From the human T2T-CHM13v2.0 reference genome, Homo sapiens, in NCBI RefSeq assembly GCF_009914755.1, contig NC_060927.1: 64,000 nucleotides of DNA; one strand, written 5' to 3'. Numbering within the stretch: position 1 is the stretch's first letter; each line of letters starts with the position of its first letter. The notes beneath the pieces were generated by a model. The model did not search any database, was not told where the DNA came from, and was given only the letters and a program-made list of their open reading frames with translations. This document shows positions 15,134 to 38,840 of this stretch, piece after piece. The translations under genes and the position numbers were made by a program.

Positions 15134-17264
15134 GTACGTACATATTTTACCTCTGCTGCTGCTTTTTTCTAATATTCTCTTTTAAGGAGGCAACTATTTT
15201 TAGATTGTTGTGGTTGGGTTAATGCCTTCCTTATTAAAAGTTATCATTTGGGGGGTAGCTTGCTTTAAAGACTAGCAGTAATGTTTATTGATCACTGGAA
15301 GAAAGTTTATATGGCAAAAAAAAGAGGTTCATAGATTAATCATGGAGTAAGGAGTTAAAGTAACTTTTAAACTTTTCTTCTTTGGAAATAGCTACATGCA
15401 TTCCAGCACACATTAATGCTCCAAGGGGCAAATGTTCTCCTTGTCATAACCAAAGCAGAGACTTGTTAGGGTGCAGTGCTCATCTGTGAATCCTGTGTTG
15501 TAAAATAATTTAAAATTCCACAGACTCCATAAAGTTTAAACTTATTAACTTTTTCGAAATAGTAGCAAAGCATAGTTTTATAGTATCAGTATATATATAT
15601 GTAATTAGATAACAGAAATACAAATAAAATCCCATTCTAACGAGTTCAGTGGGATGTTGCAGTTGTATCCAAAGTAGCAGCATTTTGCTGTTTTACAGAA
15701 GGGTGCCTAAATTGTATAGTAATGAGCAAAGGAAGAAGCTAATGTTCTCTGTGTGACAGGAGTAATGAATTAGGGTCATTGTGCAAAGGAAGATGATACG
15801 GCTTTTCTTGAGTCATGAAGTGATCCCTAGCCCCCGTGCCTTGCTGCTCTGTAAATGTACTTCAGAGTTGTGTTCTGATGCGCTTACTGTTTTGAGGCCT
15901 GCAAGGTCTCCCTTGAAGAGTGAAGTCATTCATGGTCATTTAAAACAGGTGTAGACTTCTCAAAATCATGAGTTTATGAATCACTAAAGTCATCATTGGT
16001 GAGCAAATTGCCACCATCCCTAATAAAAGTAAAATTTGGATCTTTTGAAGTTGGCACTGCTAAATAAGAAGCTTCCCTGTAGGGAGAACCAGCTAGGCCC
16101 TGAGGTGCCCAGACTGACACCCCTCCAACCTCTGCTTCATCCCTTTGGGAGGCCTTGGACAACTGACAGCTTCCAGATTGTCCCATAGCATTCTAGGTGC
16201 TCAGTAAATGATTAGTGGAATGTTTCAACCAGACCTTATTCAGAATTAAGAATTGAAGTTAACAAAGTAAGCTGAAAGTAATGTGAAACTAGATGATCTA
16301 GTTTATAAAATGAATTGTTTGTTTTAACAGAGATGCCTTTTGTAATCCCAGTCTACTAGAAGTATCCTCACGACATCTAGATTGCTGAACATTTGTTCCC
16401 AGTAGAAAGCCAGGAGAGGATCAACCTTCTGGGTTTGTTTTCTTTCTCAAGATGGTCTCCTTGAATGATAATGGCCTGAGACCATGCTTGCTGATGACTC
16501 AGGGCATGGCTTTGTCAGGAGGACAGCATCAGACACACAGGAATCATTGATGAGATGAGCTTACGTAGTGTAGCAGGAGGTTTCATACCAGTATAGTTCC
16601 CAGTTAGGACGCAACAATACTTGTCTTTTGAGAGGAATATTTAGATTTTACGTGCATTCACGTGGAAACTGTGTATAAATTCAGAATGCCAAAAAATTAT
16701 CTCACAAAATGTATAAATATGTGAGTTTATTCAGTTCTGTCAGCTACATACACGAAAGGAGTCTTAAAATAGGGCTCTCCCAGTGTGTGCCTTTTGGGGA
16801 GCAGATGGGTTGTGAGATACAGTGAGGCTCAGTGGGGCCCTCATGGAAACACGGAGAGTGTGACCTGATATAGTTTTGTGAAGAACAGTTAATTATTATG
16901 CTTCTGCAGTTCTTATTATATACATTAAATTATTTGTTCATATAAATATTAATAATTAGATTTAAGGGTTTCTGTCTGTTTCATATTTTAAGGGTAGCAA
17001 AGGGTACTTTTGTTTCATTTAATTCTTTGGTAATTTATTTATTTTCTAAATTGCCCCAGTACAGTAATAAGATATCTGATTGCTGAAGTTATTTTATTTA
17101 AAAGTTCATTTTAATACCCTCAAATAAGATTAAAGTAAAAGGCAGATGTATACAGACTTGGTGTTAATCTCAAAGTCTTCACCCCTTGTTCCCAGCAACA
17201 GAGGGAGGAAGTTCCATTGCATACTTACGTGAAGTTTAAATTTATCACTATTTCTTAACCTTAG

Positions 17265-17315
17265 ATAATTGGATTAAAGCCTGAAGGAGTGCCAAGGATA
17301 GATTGTGTTTCAAAG
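17265..17315 (+). CDS. ATP1B3: ATP1B3 exon 5
   Basis: ccttag|ATA...AAG|gttagt; 51 bp; IIGLKPEGVPRIDCVSK. Confidence 0.96.
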
Positions 17316-17546
17316 GTTAGTATTCAAAAAGTAACTCCTGTTAAATCTTTGATGTTTCTTAAAATACTTTAAAAGTCTAATGATTTAGTCATCTTTTTTT
17401 TCTTCCCTGTCACATTTTAAAGTCCTTTGTAGTGCCTTAGAATAAAATTCCACCAACCGTAGTCTTTCTCTTCCTTAATGATAATTCAGAAAGACATTTT
17501 CCATGTGTATTTGATTTTGCACACATTGCCTTTATTTTCACATATA

Positions 17547-17720
17547 CCGTATTTCATCAATTCTAAGATTCACTTTTTTTCTGCCAGCTCAGTAACACTG
17601 AAATTGGGATTACCCTTGTAATTGATGGTGTCTTAATACTGTATCATGACATTTTTCTCTTTCTTAATAGTTAGTTGGCGTGCTAGTCATCAGTGCTATC
17701 TGAGATTTAATGAAATATGG
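17547..17720. mobile_element. MER104-like Tc1/mariner MITE
   Basis: Terminal inverted repeats ccgtatttcatcaattctaaga / tctgagatttaatgaaatatgg; TA on the left flank. Confidence 0.7.
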
Positions 17721-18051
17721 TGCATTTTCCTTAAGGTAGAAGCATTATTTATCTCCCCTATCCCTACTTACTTTTTTTTCCAGAATACTGTGCAGTTTTC
17801 ATCTCATAACTTTCTTTTGTTTTCTCTCCATGCTGCAAATGCCACTAAGACAAATAATGTAAAAGATGGGTAAGAGTTCTGAGGAGACATTAAGTTCTAA
17901 ATTTATCATTGTGCTAAATATTAACATTTCAACTCTGATTGTATGGCAGAAATATTTTACTTAGAATGTTACATTGAAATCACTTTTAAAGTTGTGAAAA
18001 AAAATTCTTTTTACTGTTAATGGACTTCTTATTTGGGCAGAAACTTCTTGA

Positions 18052-18522
18052 TCAGTGGTCTTCAAACTTGATCACTCATCAGAGTCATGTTGCCTTGTTG
18101 GGTTCCGTTCCCATAGTTTCTGACTCAGTAGGTCTGAGATAGGGTCCAAAATTTGCATTTTTTTCTTTTTTTTTCTTTTAGACGGAGTCTCACTCTGTCG
18201 CCTGGGCTGGAGTGCAGTGGCACGATCTCACTGCAAGCTCCGCCTCCCGGGTTCACGCGGTTCTCCTGCCTCAGCCTCCTGAGTAGCTGGGACTACAGGC
18301 GCTCCCGGCTAATTTTTTTTTTTTTTTTTTGGAGAGACAGGGTTTCATCATGTTAGCCAGGATGGTCTTGATCTCCTGACCTCGTGATCTGCCCGCCTCG
18401 GCCTCTCAAAGTGCTGGGATTACAGGCATGAGTCACCGCGCCTGGCCCAAAATTTGCATTTCTCACTAAAGTTTCCAGGTGATGCTGATGCTGCTGGTCT
18501 GAGGCCCACATTTTGAGAACTC
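18052..18522. mobile_element. MER5A split by an antisense AluY-like element (18160-18447)
   Basis: cagtggtcttcaaactt...gtttccaggtgatgctgatgctgctggtc...cacattttgagaac; Alu TSD ccaaaatttgcattt. Confidence 0.85.
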
Positions 18523-18709
18523 CCGATTTGGAGTGTCCTTATTAATTTTTTAAGAGCATTTATTCACTATTTAGAGTAGCATAAAAAGCCAGGAAGTTTA
18601 TGGTTTCTCATCTGGGTTGAAATTATATGTGTGTGACCACTGGCAATTCACTTTACCTCCTTGTGCCACAGACAGCTCAATGGGAAACTTGTACAAAAAG
18701 CTAGAGTCA

Positions 18710-19362
<653 letters not shown>

Positions 19363-19599
19363 GAGCTTTTCTTGATAAATTCTTCTAAAAATCTAGTGGG
19401 CAGCATATACTGTCAGCTCTCAAGTCAGAACACTATAGCTACAAGATACATTTAGAAAAAATGTTGGGTAACCCTTTGTGATCCTCAGGGCTTGCTCACA
19501 AAGCTTTCTGGTAGAAAGTTCTTGGGGCTTGGGTGCTAGGCTTCAGCTGGGTAGAAGTGCTAATTTCATGACAGTGCGCCTGTATACAGGAGCCTGTGA

Positions 19600-21862
<2,263 letters not shown>

Positions 21863-23269
21863 TCAGTAAACTGTTTCTCAAAAAAAATCCTTTTTTTCAT
21901 TTTGCGGAAATGTGTTCTGTGAAGGTCATATATTAAGGTAAAATAGGTTCAACAAAAGCAATTAATGCAGAAAAGCACTGATATCAGAGTGACTAGTTTT
22001 TCTCTAATATAAAATGTTATCTTTGATTTTAAGCTTATTTTTTAAGTTAAAGAGTACAAATGTAGGGTGGAGTTTGAGTAGTGATTGAAAATGGCTTTTG
22101 CGATTTCTCCTAGCGTTGTTACTTCCTACCCTTTCCACATATTCATCATCTGGATCATTAGAGCTTGTCTGGTGGGTGGGGCGCATCATCACTCTGTCCT
22201 TTGTGCTGTCTGGCCGGTGCCTTTCATCTGTCTCTCACCCCACCCCACAGCCATATGCTGCTTCATAATGAAATGAAATGAGCAGAATCTAGAACTCCTT
22301 AGAGTGGATTCTTAGTTTTGCTTTATGCTGTTTCATGCATGCTTTCAACCCTGTCTCAAAAAAATTTTTTTATATATATATAAAATTCAAGTATTTAATA
22401 ATGTTTTATTTTAACTAGTGTTCCGTAAGCCCAGCACTGATTTTAATCATTGTGGTCTGTTTGCTACTTCTCAGTCTGTGTTAAAGTTACACTCATTAGA
22501 ATTAGGCCCATTTAGAAAGTGTTACATGTGAATTTTCATAAATTGCTTATTTATCATGAATAATACTAGAAATAACTAATAGCATGAATTAATTGGATTA
22601 CAGGTGATGCTTGATTTGTATGTTGATAAACATGGAATTCTAGTAGACAAGTAATACTTAATGATTTATATATGCTCATAAATTTATTCCTGATACAGTA
22701 TTTAAATTTGTCGAGGAGAGTTTTGCTTGTAGTACCTTAAATTTTCCTTCATGCTTCCCCTCTGGTTGCAGTTCTGGTTATTAATCACATGAAACTCACA
22801 CCTGCTGTCTCCCAGGCCTGAGTGCTGCATTCTAGGTTGGCACCTTGTAGTGGCTGTTGCTTTCCAGTCTGGAAGCACAGCATTTTATTCATTTCAGGAA
22901 AACATCGGTCCTAAACCTGCTGGTGCATTCCTGCTGTTAGTAGGTAGAAAGGCTGGCATTTGGTATTTGGAGGGCAGATAAGATTTTACAGGAGTACATG
23001 AGTTAAAGAAGGGACTCTCATGAAAGAGTATAGAGTGTATCTGGAAGTGTAAGTATCAGGATAGTTCATGTGGAAGGGGTTAGTTAGATAATATTTGCAA
23101 TCAAGATGAGCAAGCTTCTTCTCAGAAATACACTTGTAATGATAATATAGTTGGAGCAGCATTGTAGTTTCTGCAAACTGTTCATGATTGATATTCCTTT
23201 AATTATAAACATAGTTTTTACAAATTCTTTTTGTGACCTAAAGAGGATTTCTTTTGTTTTCAACTTCAG

Positions 23270-23356
23270 AATGAAGATATACCAAATGTAGCAGTTTATC
23301 CTCATAATGGAATGATAGACTTAAAATATTTCCCATATTATGGGAAAAAACTGCAT
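23270..23356 (+). CDS. ATP1B3: ATP1B3 exon 6
   Basis: cttcag|AAT...CAT|gtaagt; 87 bp; [29 protein letters not shown] containing the YFPYYGK family motif. Confidence 0.97.
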
Positions 23357-23662
23357 GTAAGTATTGAGAAGTTCTTATGTGGTGATTACTCTTTTGGGAA
23401 GCTGGAGCATGTGTTGACGTACCACTTGTCTGGGGTAGGTAGACGCCAGCCCTGTTTAATTTGTGGGTCATCTATTCAGGTTTTGTTTTATTTTAATGGT
23501 GATGGTAAATGGAGTTCCCACATTTACAATTCAGAACACAGAACCCAAGCAGATACGTTAAAGTTAGATGATTATTTCTAAAATATCATTTTCTTTTTCA
23601 TTATAGAGGTAGTAGTAGGTGCTTATGTAGAGAAAGTAGAAAAGTACTTAAAAAGAAAATCA

Positions 23663-24583
<921 letters not shown>

Positions 24584-24584
24584 T

Positions 24585-24870
24585 AGGTTAGTGGACTAAT
24601 GAGTTATCATAGGAGTGGGACTAGCGGCTTTATAAGAAGAGGAAGAGAGACCTGAGCTAGCAGGTTAGCATGCTCAGCCCCCTGGCCACGTGATGCCTTG
24701 CACCACCTCAGGACTCTGTTGAAAGTACCCAGCAGCAAAGAAGGTTCTCACCAGATGCAGCTCCTTGATCTTGGCCTTCTCAGCCTCCATTAACTGTAAG
24801 AAATAAATTCCTTTCTTTATAAATTACCCAGTTTCAAGTATTGTGTTATAAGCAACAGAAAACAAAGACA
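24585..24870 (+). mobile_element. MST-family MaLR LTR, 3' part
   Basis: ctttataagaagaggaagagagacctgagctagc...aactgtaagaaataaattcctttctttataaattacccagtttc...agcaacagaaaac. Confidence 0.85.
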
Positions 24871-25352
24871 GTAGTACAGTTAACAAAGGAAGTTAACATA
24901 TAGTGCTCTTATGAATCTGTAGACTTTGTTGAAAATCCATCAATTGTTCCAGTAATACTCTTTATAGTGAAAGACAAGTGTTTTCCTGATCCCAGATGTC
25001 ACACTGTTAACACGTTTAGCAACCTATAATCAGGAATATTTCCTCAGTCTGTTTCATGGCTTTGTACTCTTCAAAAATAAGTACGGGCCTTTTATGGCTG
25101 ATTTTATGTTCATTAGTTGGAGTTTGGTGGTTTTTCATGATTAAATATAGGTTGTGCATTTTGGCATGAGTGCCTCAAAAGAAATGTTGAGTTCTCAGAG
25201 TGTCAGGAGGGACATGGTATCATTTCATTCCGTTAATGGTGATACTGCCTTGATTCCTTGGTTAAGGTGGTATGAGCGAGGTTTCTACAATATACTTTTT
25301 TTCCTCTGTCATCAATAAGTATCATGTGGGGAGAAAATTAAAAAGCTCGTTA

Positions 25353-26735
<1,383 letters not shown>

Positions 26736-26794
26736 AATTTACAGAATAAGCCAATTCCTGGTAGAGAGAAGTATTAAGTTTCCATAGAGTTTGA

Positions 26795-26992
<198 letters not shown>

Positions 26993-27810
26993 TATGAGTA
27001 GGATATCTCCACAGAGTAAATGTTGTGTTGTCTGTCTTCATTTTGTAACAGCTGGACCTTCCATTCTAGAATTATGAGACCACCTTGGAGAAAGGTGTGT
27101 GGTACATGACATTGGGTTACATCATAACGTGCTTCCAGATCATAGTGTTCAGTGTCCTCTGAAGTAACTGCCTGTTGCCTCTGCTGCCCTTTGAACCAGT
27201 GTACAGTCGCCAGATAGGGACCGGTGAACACCTGATTCCAAACATGTAGGATGGGGGTCTTGTCCTCTTTTTATGTGGTTTAATTGCCAAGTGTCTAAAG
27301 CTTAATATGCCGTGCTATGTAAATATTTTATGGATATAACAACTGTCATATTTTGATGTCAACAGAGTTTTAGGGATAAAATGGTACCCGGCCAACATCA
27401 AGTGACTTTATAGCTGCAAGAAATGTGGTATGTGGAGAAGTTCTGTATGTGAGGAAGGAAAAAAAGAAAATAAAAGTGTGTTTGAAAAATATTATCTTGG
27501 GTTCTTTGTAAAATTTATTTTTTACATGCTGAATTAGCCTCGATCTTTTTGATTAAGAGCACAAACTTTTTTTTGTAAAACATGTAAAAAAAAAACTGGG
27601 ATTAATTTTTAGTGTTGGAACTGCCTCTTATTTTAGGCTGTAGATAAAATAGCATTTTTAGGTTAGCCAGTGTGACTATGCACCTAATTTTTTATGAGAT
27701 TAAATTCATAAGACTTAATTTGTACAATAGTTTGTGAAATATCTTGTTACTGCTTTTATTTAGCAGACTGTGGACTGTAATAAAGTATATAAATTGTGAA
27801 ATATAAAAAC
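26993..27810 (+). other. ATP1B3: ATP1B3 3' UTR (end approximate)
   Basis: Repeat-free AU-rich sequence after the stop, with AATAAA at 27469-27474 and 27779-27784. Confidence 0.8.
27779..27784 (+). terminator. Distal polyadenylation signal of ATP1B3
   Basis: AATAAA preceded by TGTA elements and followed by T/GT-rich sequence near 27846. Confidence 0.75.
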
Positions 27811-28024
27811 TTGGAACTTATTCAAAGCTTCAAAGCAAACAACAGTTTTGTGTAAGCATTCTTTCCCCTCCAGTATTAGGTGTATTCTTGGTAGGATTAT
27901 TTGTGATAATTTGGGCTACTTGGCTGAGAAAGTTGTGCTTCCCATATGATCTGTGTTGCTTCTTGTTTTTTCTTAAGGCTATTGTTTATTGTTACTTTTC
28001 TCCTTTTTAAAAAAAAAAAAAGGC

Positions 28025-28513
<489 letters not shown>

Positions 28514-30191
28514 TCAGAGCTCTGCTTGTTCCTCTGTCACTAAAATCATAGTGATAAGAGATTTTCACTGAAGGAAATTATTGGAGTAATTACAGCAAAC
28601 CTTTTCTGGGTTTTGATTTTCTTCTTTATGCTATCTCTTAAGAGTGTAAAACAAGGATAAAAGAATGCTACGATGTGAGAGAGGTGACATGACTTTAGTT
28701 GGGCCAGTGTGACCTCATCCTCAACAGCTGTAAACTTTGGTGCCTGTGAAATTCATATTAAGTATTCTATTAAATTGTATTTTTGAGTCTTTTGAAGTAA
28801 ATATGGATGGAATTTCTGTTTTAACGAGCTTAGATAAAAGACTCATTCTCAATACACAAGAAGAATTGAGATGGCATCCAACATAGGGTGGGTGTTGGAG
28901 ACAAATAAAAATGGCACACACATGTAAGTCACTAAAGCATCTTGTATGCCTCCCTGGTTCAGAAGTTTGGACGTGGATCAGCACCTGACTGCCCAGTGAT
29001 CTTAGCTGATCTCCCCAACTTCTCCTGGCTCTGCTTGCTTCATCTATCGAAATTAAGGCAGTTTAACAACAATTTAGCAGACCTGCTATATACCGGACTG
29101 GATCAGCCAGACTTTGAGGATACAGAGATGAAAAGACATGGTTTCTCAAAGATCTTAAACTAGGAGGGAACAGGCTCTGAGACACAGCACGTGGCATGAT
29201 GATGGTGATGGCGCTGACATGCAAGAGGCCATGAGGTGGGGTAAGACTAGATTATTCCAAAGGTCCCACCCTTCCCTAAAGTTTATTTTTGTGAAAGATC
29301 TCAAGAGATAGGTGGTGCTTGATGGAGGAGGAAGAGTGGCTGGGAGTTGGGCCTGTATGGGCCAGGTAAGGACTGGACTCGGAACGAAGGATGCCTGGAC
29401 ACAGCTGGAGTCTGCCTTTCTGCTGCTGACTTCAGGTTTTCCTCAGCATTTCAGGATGTGCTTACAGATCACCTGGGTATCTCATTAAAATGCAGATTCC
29501 AGTTCACTAGGAGGGACTCTATAGATGTAGCAACTCCAAGGTAATACCTACCACTGCTCATTCACAGACCACAGTTTGGAAGGGACCAAAGACAACCAGC
29601 TTTGCATCCTTGGCCATTGAGCCTAGCACCAATTTGATTTAATAGATGGAGAAGATTGAGCCATCATTTGACTAGCTGATATTTGGAAGTGTGTGCACTC
29701 CTGCTAGCTGGCCACCTGTCTGGGTAAGAGAACCCTGAGAATACCCGAGGGCTATGCCATTGGCCCTTGGGAGAACTGGAGTGGTGTTGCTTCTGGTCTT
29801 GCTGCCCGGCAGGTTACATTCCCAGGTTGAGCTGAGGGAGTGTGGGGTGAAATGAGATGTGTCCCCATGTTTTTCCCCATTAGCGTTTATGTTCCTTTTT
29901 TCTGGGTGGCTGAGAACAGCTGGGGGTGGTGTGGAAAGATAGAGTTTCCTGAGGAATGATGCGCGTCCTCAGATGAGAGCTCTCGGGCAGGAGGGAACTG
30001 GGATGTCCTGAGCGGCCGTATGGCAGTGTGGACGGTGGGCGATGGCTAGAGGGGACGAAACAGCCAGAGCTGGGGAGGAGGAACCCAGTGGGGTGTGGCT
30101 GGCGGAGATGGCCAAAACTTCAGCTGGAGCACTTCAGAGCACCCTTCAGAGGCGATTCATCCCGAACTGGACCTGTTGCTGATGAAGTCAA

Positions 30192-30655
30192 TGTGGTAGG
30201 CAGAATTGCAGCCCCCATGACCTTCACGTTCTGGGGCCATGCCCATGGTTATGCTCTATCACGTGGCAAGAGGGGCTTTGCAGATGAAATTAAGGTAACT
30301 GGTGGGTTGACCTTAAAATGGGGAGATTATCCTGGATTATCCGACGGCCCAGTGTGATCATAGGAGCTGTAAGCAGAAGTGAGACCTGAAGCCTCTGGGT
30401 TTGGACACATGCTTGCTGTTTTCAATGTGGCTGTGTGGGAAGCCAAAGGAAGTGCATTCTGCCAATGGCCAGTGAGCTTGGAAGCCAGATCTTCCCCAGA
30501 GCCTTAAGAGCCCAGCCCTGAGGCCCTGCATAGAGGACCCAGCTGGGCTACATTGTGCCCACACCGCTGACCTACAGAAATGGGAGGTTATGAATATTGT
30601 TTTAAGCCACCAATTTCGTGATAATTTGTTATGGAGGCAGATAGAATGCTGATAT
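30192..30655 (+). mobile_element. MLT1-family MaLR LTR
   Basis: tgtggtaggcagaat...ctttgcagatgaaattaagg...gggagattatcctggattatcc...ttgttttaagccac...ataatttgttat. Confidence 0.85.
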
Positions 30656-30689
30656 GGTCATCTTCTCAGTGATGATTACTACTCCAACC

Positions 30690-30835
30690 CAGTGCTTCTC
30701 AAACTGCTCCATCAAGGGCTCCTGTTTAAAATGCAGATTCTGATTGGGCAGTGTCCAGGGTGGGGCCCAAGATTCTGCTTCCTAACAGGCTTTCAGGTGC
30801 TGCTGTTGCTTCAAGGGCTACATCAGAGCACGAGG
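30690..30835. mobile_element. MER5A
   Basis: cagtgcttctcaaact...aaaatgcagattctgatt...ggtggggcccaagattctgcttcctaacagg. Confidence 0.7.
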
Positions 30836-31297
30836 CCCTTGTGTGTATGATTGTGGTTGGTGTAATGCCTGGAATTCAGAGCCCGCGTAAGGAGGGAGGA
30901 AGAGGGATCTGAGAGAAGAAAGGCCTAGGATAGAATTTGTTCAGCTATGAAATAACACAGAGGCTGCGGAGAGGTGCCCTGTGTTGGGCCCCTGGCTTTC
31001 AGACACTAAGCTTTGTCAGTGTGGTCTCAGAGCCCGGGTTGGATGGGACATTTTCACTTCCTTTGCTATTTTCTGTGGCCCCGTGGGAGGACAGGGGCCT
31101 GCAACCATGAGTCCGGCTTCCTGAGGATGGCATGGTTTGGGCCTATTAATGGGATCCTTGTCAGCAGTCTCTTGCTCCTAACTGCATAGGGTGAGGTTCT
31201 GGGACCACTGGCTTGGAGATGAAGGGAACTCACCTCATCTGTGCAAAGTTGCTGTCATGTCATTTAGTGAGATACTTCATTTAAAAAATTAATTTAG

Positions 31298-33719
<2,422 letters not shown>

Positions 33720-33720
<1 letters not shown>

Positions 33721-33802
33721 GAATGAATGAATGAATGAATGAATGAATGAATGAATGAATAAATAAATAAATAAATAAAAAATAAATAAATAAATAAATA
33801 AA
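33720..33802 (+). repeat. Compound (GAAT)n(AAAT)n microsatellite in an Alu tail
   Basis: About 10 GAAT units followed by AAAT units. Confidence 0.95.
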
Positions 33803-34234
33803 TTTGGGGGAACCCATGTTTTGCGCTGTGTCCAGCCACAGAGCCCTCATTAGCCCAGACACATCCGCTGAGCTCCTACCAGCACCTTCATCAGGAGCCC
33901 CAGCCAGCTTGGAGACTTCCTCAGGGCTTGTGACACTTCCCTGGGGAGAAGAGAAACGCATCTTGCTCAAAGATGAGTTAATTCACTCACAGGCTAACAG
34001 TCAAAAAGAGTTTTATCCCCAAAGAAGTAGCAATAAAATAAGCCAATCCAAGGGGGGAAAGAAACGGACTCTTGGGGAGAGGGAGGAGTATAGAACCTTA
34101 ACAGCTCCAGCCCATGGATTCTAGAGACCGAATTCTTCAAATTTCATCCCAAAAGAGGTGCACCGCTGGCCTATGAATACACCTGTGGGTGCAGAGAATA
34201 AGAGGGAAATACTCTGTGCACCGTACAGGAGGCC

Positions 34235-34860
34235 TTTTTTTTTTTTTTTTCGACGGAGTCTTTCTCTGTCGCCCAGGCTAGGGTACAGCGATCTCAGCTC
34301 ACTGCAACCTCCACCTCCTGGGTTCAAGCGATTCTCCTGCCTCAGCCTCCCGAGTAACTGGGATTACAGGTGTCCGCCACCGAACCCAGCTAATTTTTGT
34401 ATTTTTAGTAGATATGGGGTTTCACCATCTTGGCCAGACTGGTCTTGAACTCCTGATCTCGTGATCCACACGCCTCGGCCTCTCAAAAGTGCTAGGATTA
34501 CGGGGTGAACCGCCGCGCCTGGCCTCCACTTACCTTTTAAACCAGGGCTCTTGGCCAGGTGCAGTGGCTCACGTCTGTGATCCCAGCCACTTTGGGAGGC
34601 TGAGGCGGGCGGATCACGAGGTCAGGAGATCGAGACCATCCTGGCTAACACAGTGAAACCCTGTCTCTACTAAAAGTACAAAAAATTAGCCAGGCATGGT
34701 GTTGGGCGCCTGTAGTCCCAGCTACTCAGGAGGCTGAGGCAGGAGAATCACTTGAACCCAGGAGGTGGAGGTTGCAGTGAGCTGCAGTTGCTGCGCCACT
34801 GCACTCCAGCCAGGGTGACAGAGCAAGATCAGTTTCAACAACAACAACAACAAAGTAAAA
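34235..34860. mobile_element. Head-to-head Alu pair: - 34235-34524 and + 34553-34860
   Basis: Two dimers with a spacer of about 28 bp; TSD accagggctct on the second. Confidence 0.92.
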
Positions 34861-36044
34861 GAAAACACCAGGGCTCTCAAACGCTGCTATTGAACACAAG
34901 AATGGGGATGGGGGAAATGCTTGTCAGCCCCTCAGGACCCATTACCTGAGGGATGACCTGAAACCTAGTGTGGGGCCCTCTGGCATATGAGGGCTTTCTT
35001 CGCCCTGGACATACTGGCTGGCAGGGAAAGCCCTTGGGCTGGAACTCCAAAGTTGAGGTACCTGCTCTGTGCGACTGATTCGATCTCTGTGTGACCTTGG
35101 GACAGTCCCCCTCTCTACTGCACGAGCTTCAGGGAAGACATTACAGACACATTCACACAGAAAGCGGCTGGAACCATTAAGCACTTCTGGATCTAGTTCT
35201 TAGTCATCTGTTTTTTACTATATATTCCAGATTTCTGGGACCAAAGAGGTTAAAAACTCATTCCCTGCCATGCCCAGTGGCTTCTCTGGGCAAGTGTTCT
35301 CTTAAAAGCTGCCCACACTCTATGGAAAAATCCAGTGGCTGCTGGTTAGAACGCGCTTGTTAATGGCAGCAGGCAGCCAGCTGGCTGGTGCCTGCCCGGG
35401 TGGGGTGGCAGAGGAAGCAGCTGTTTTGGTCTTTGAACCACAGCTTGGGACTTATGGAAGATACGTAGCTCGCATATCTCTATGGTCTTTTTCTGGCTTA
35501 TAGAAAACAGTTCACCTTGCTGGTGGGGAGAGAAAGGGTGCAGCGTGCGGGGACCTGGGCTGGTGGGAAAAGCAGTCGGGTTATTGTTCGTGTGCTACAA
35601 AGGATGAGGAATTCAGTCCCCAGGATCCACGGGAGGAGCTGGCTGAGACCCTGGGGCCCGGCCTTCTTCCCAAGAGTCCATTTTCCCCTTGGATTAACTT
35701 ACTTTATTGTTTCTACCGTCCCATGACTTCTGAGGTAAGGCAAGACCACACTTTGCGACTTTGAACTCTTCATCTTGTTCTCTCTTGACAGAGGCTCGTA
35801 AGAGGCCAATTTTTCAAACTTGCCTGGGTCATCTGCACTAAAAGTATGAGCACTGTTCGGTTATTTGAAATTAACCAAAAGGTCAATATACTTTGAAAAA
35901 GTTTGTTCTTCACTCATTCACTCATTCACTCATTCATTCATTCAACACTGACAACTTACATATCAGGTGCAAGGCCCTGAATTTTACACAGATGAAAGTC
36001 CATAAGAAACAAGATCCTGATCATGTTATTTTCCAGAGAATTTT

Positions 36045-36175
36045 TATTTTATCTTTTTGAGATGGAGTTTTGCTCTTGTTGCCCAGGCTGGAGTGCACTC
36101 TGCAACCTCCCCATCCCGGGTTCAAGCAATTCTCCTGCTTTAGTAGCTGGGATTACAGGTGCCGCCACCACGCCC

Positions 36176-36206
<31 letters not shown>

Positions 36207-36346
36207 TTTTTTTTTTTTGGTATTTTCAGTAGAGACAGGGTTTTACCATGTTGGCCAGGCTAGTCTCAATCTCCTGACTTCAGGTGATCTGCCTACCTCG
36301 GCCTCCCAAAGTGCTGGATTACAGGCATGGGCCACCGCACCTGGCT
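36045..36346 (-). mobile_element. Alu with expanded linker
   Basis: Antisense dimer with TTTG/T expansion in the mid linker. Confidence 0.9.
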
Positions 36347-36626
36347 GAATTTCTTTATTTTTTAAAGTTGGACAACACCTCCTTCTATACCATGGAATGA
36401 GTGTTCCGTGTTTTCAGATAATTTCTCATCTCAGAGATTTTTCACTTGTTTCTGTCACACTGAAAGTTAAGCTGGAGGAGAATTCCTGAGGCGGGTGGAT
36501 GGCGGCTTATTATGCCTGCAGCTGCAAGCAGTGATGACCTTTTCTCCCTCCTCTTCCAATCAAGAGTTCTGGCCATAAAGGCTAGAGCCATTCACAAAAC
36601 CCAATACATAAGGTATGGGGGGAGGT

Positions 36627-36627
36627 A

Positions 36628-36667
<40 letters not shown>
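36627..36667 (+). repeat. (CA)n microsatellite
   Basis: About 20 CA units with one interruption. Confidence 0.95.
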
Positions 36668-36668
<1 letters not shown>

Positions 36669-36762
36669 CCTCATAGGAGGGAGCAAGACAGGGTGTGCCA
36701 AGTACACCCCTACTTTCACCTACTGACGGTGTTGTCTCGCTTCATTTAAACATTTATGTAAC

Positions 36763-38840
<2,078 letters not shown>

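Noticed and set aside
15440-16800. Possibly ancient transposon-derived or conserved intronic sequence
   Set aside because: I could not assign a family or structure from the sequence alone.
17251-17264. TTCTTAAC near the exon 5 acceptor, resembling a U12 branch site
   Set aside because: Intron 4 donor is GTACGT rather than GTATCCT, and the motif is too close to the AG.
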